NCBI RefSeq assembly: GCF_963506605.1
Contig: NC_083279.1
Coordinates: forward strand, 19,902,001-19,966,000
Direction of reading: 5' to 3'
DNA: 64,000 nt
From: Zootoca vivipara
Lineage: Eukaryota
Made by a program: the position numbers and the translations under genes. The notes beneath the pieces are model-generated. The model saw only the letters and a list, made by a program, of their open reading frames with translations, made no database searches and was not told the DNA's origin. Of this stretch, positions 62,609 through 64,000 are shown piece by piece (within the stretch, counting starts at the first letter, position 1; each line of letters begins with the position of its first letter).

Positions 62609-62953
62609 GGGATGCGGGTGGCGCTGTGGGTTAAACCACAGAGCCTAGGGCTTGCCGATCAGAAGGTCGGCGGTTCGAATCCCCACAACAGGGTGAGCTC
62701 CTGTTGCTCGGTCCCAACTCCTGCCAACCTAGCAATTCTAAAGCACGTCAAAGTGCAAGTAGATAAATAGGTACCGCTACAGCGGGAAGGTAAATAGCGT
62801 TTCCGTGTGCTGCTCTGGTTCACCAGAAGTGGCTTTGTCATGCTGGCCACATGACCTGGAAAGCTGTACGCCGGCTCCCTCAGCCAATAATGTGAGATGA
62901 GCACCGCAACCCCAGAGTCGGTCACGACTGGGCCTAATGGTCAGGGGTCCCTT
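62609..62953 (+). mobile_element. Sauria SINE (POM-like)
   Basis: GGGATGCGGGTGGCGCTGTGGGTTAAACC head, B box GGTTCGAATCC, and a body homologous to the copies at 21-22 kb. Confidence 0.9.
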
Positions 62954-64000
62954 GGGGGAGGAAGAAAGACTGGGATCCATCTTGGGCAGGCTGGCTGAAG
63001 ATTGGCTGCGAGGGACTCCTGCCTTGGACTCCATGGCTGCACTATTGTGGGGGACAAGCCCCTCTTGAAATGACCATTTTGTAAGATCTGGACTCCCTCC
63101 ATGCAGACTGAAAGAAACTACAGTCCCCCCCCCCCATTTCTCAATTCTCCAAAGGATCACAGAACCCTAGGGAGCCTGGGACCCCATGGACTCTTTCTGC
63201 CACTCAGCAGAGAGGGGAGGAGGCACCCATCTTTTTTAACAATATTTTGAATGGGATGGGTGCAGTCATTCAGCCATTCAGTCCTCCTTTAATGGACTCT
63301 AGAATTAGTGATTTCCTGCATGCAGAATATATACTCTACCACCATCTCTGGTCCCAATGTCAAGTTGCATCTGACATATGAAAATGGGGAAAGAATTGCA
63401 TTTCTTTGAGTGTTAGTATACTGTATTGTGGTTTGAGTGCTGCAAAGGAAGAAAGAATGCCTTTACAAATTACACCTGTATCACAACTGCCTTCTCTGTA
63501 CATGTCAGCTGAGTTGCCTGGAAAGACTCTCACAGGCATTTTACCTTTCACTTTTAGGTTAGTTAGCCTTATTTTCAATATAATTGTGGATAAAATATAC
63601 TGCATTGATTGCCTTGTCAGGTGAAAAGATGCTTAAAGAGCCATAGAACACCTTTAACCGTAGGAATACAGTCTTAATGTTCTATACCTGGGGCAGTGTA
63701 TGTATATGACATTTTACTATTTGTGCCAATGTCTCTTTTGTACAATTTTGTGTTACCCAGATTGGTAGCCAGCACTACTATGAATATAACCGCAGGACCA
63801 AAGTGCAAAATAACTTGCTTGTTACCCGTTTTTATCTGCCTTTTTAAAAACATGGTTTTTTAAAATTTTATTTTAGCAGCCCTTTGGTGAAATTTTAATA
63901 TGTACTTTGGTTTCCATTTGAGTTATTCATTGATATGTCAATGTACAGGAAATAGATCGGGTGAACATAATGGATGACTGTGCACTCAGCATGTACCCTG

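Noticed and set aside
62609-62690. tRNA gene
   Set aside because: The A/B-box-like region is the head of a Sauria SINE; it has no complete cloverleaf.
1-64000. ZIC5/ZIC2 coding exons and CLYBL exons 1-2
   Set aside because: No ZIC zinc-finger coding sequence or CLYBL N-terminal sequence (RRAVLYVPG) was seen; they presumably lie outside the window.

Overview
Vertebrate genomic DNA, very probably a lacertid lizard, judging from POM-type Sauria SINEs and BovB LINEs. It has two assembly gaps. The only host gene is the 3' part of CLYBL on the + strand: six coding exons (human exons 3-8: 189, 102, 94, 168, 125 and 96 nt to the stop at 37463) with intact GT-AG junctions and an open frame. The rest is intronic or downstream DNA rich in mobile elements: an apparently full-length BovB (RTE) LINE with an intact endonuclease-RT ORF (46.6-49.9 kb), truncated BovB/RTE/L1/L2 pieces, SINEs, hAT and Tc1/mariner MITEs (several nested), a 1.64-kb GC-rich foldback transposon and probable solo LTRs. 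Repeat-free, motif-rich blocks may be enhancers of ZIC5/ZIC2, which follow CLYBL in other amniotes. Best leads: (1) a CPEB3/HDV-like double-pseudoknot ribozyme fold at the 5' end of the intact BovB, opposed by a perfect 14-bp competing hairpin; (2) minimal Penelope-type hammerhead ribozyme motifs; (3) the foldback element with 132-bp double-hairpin repeats; (4) an AG|GTAAG recursive-splice-like start of CLYBL exon 7. Family names and comparisons to human sequences come from recall, not database searches.
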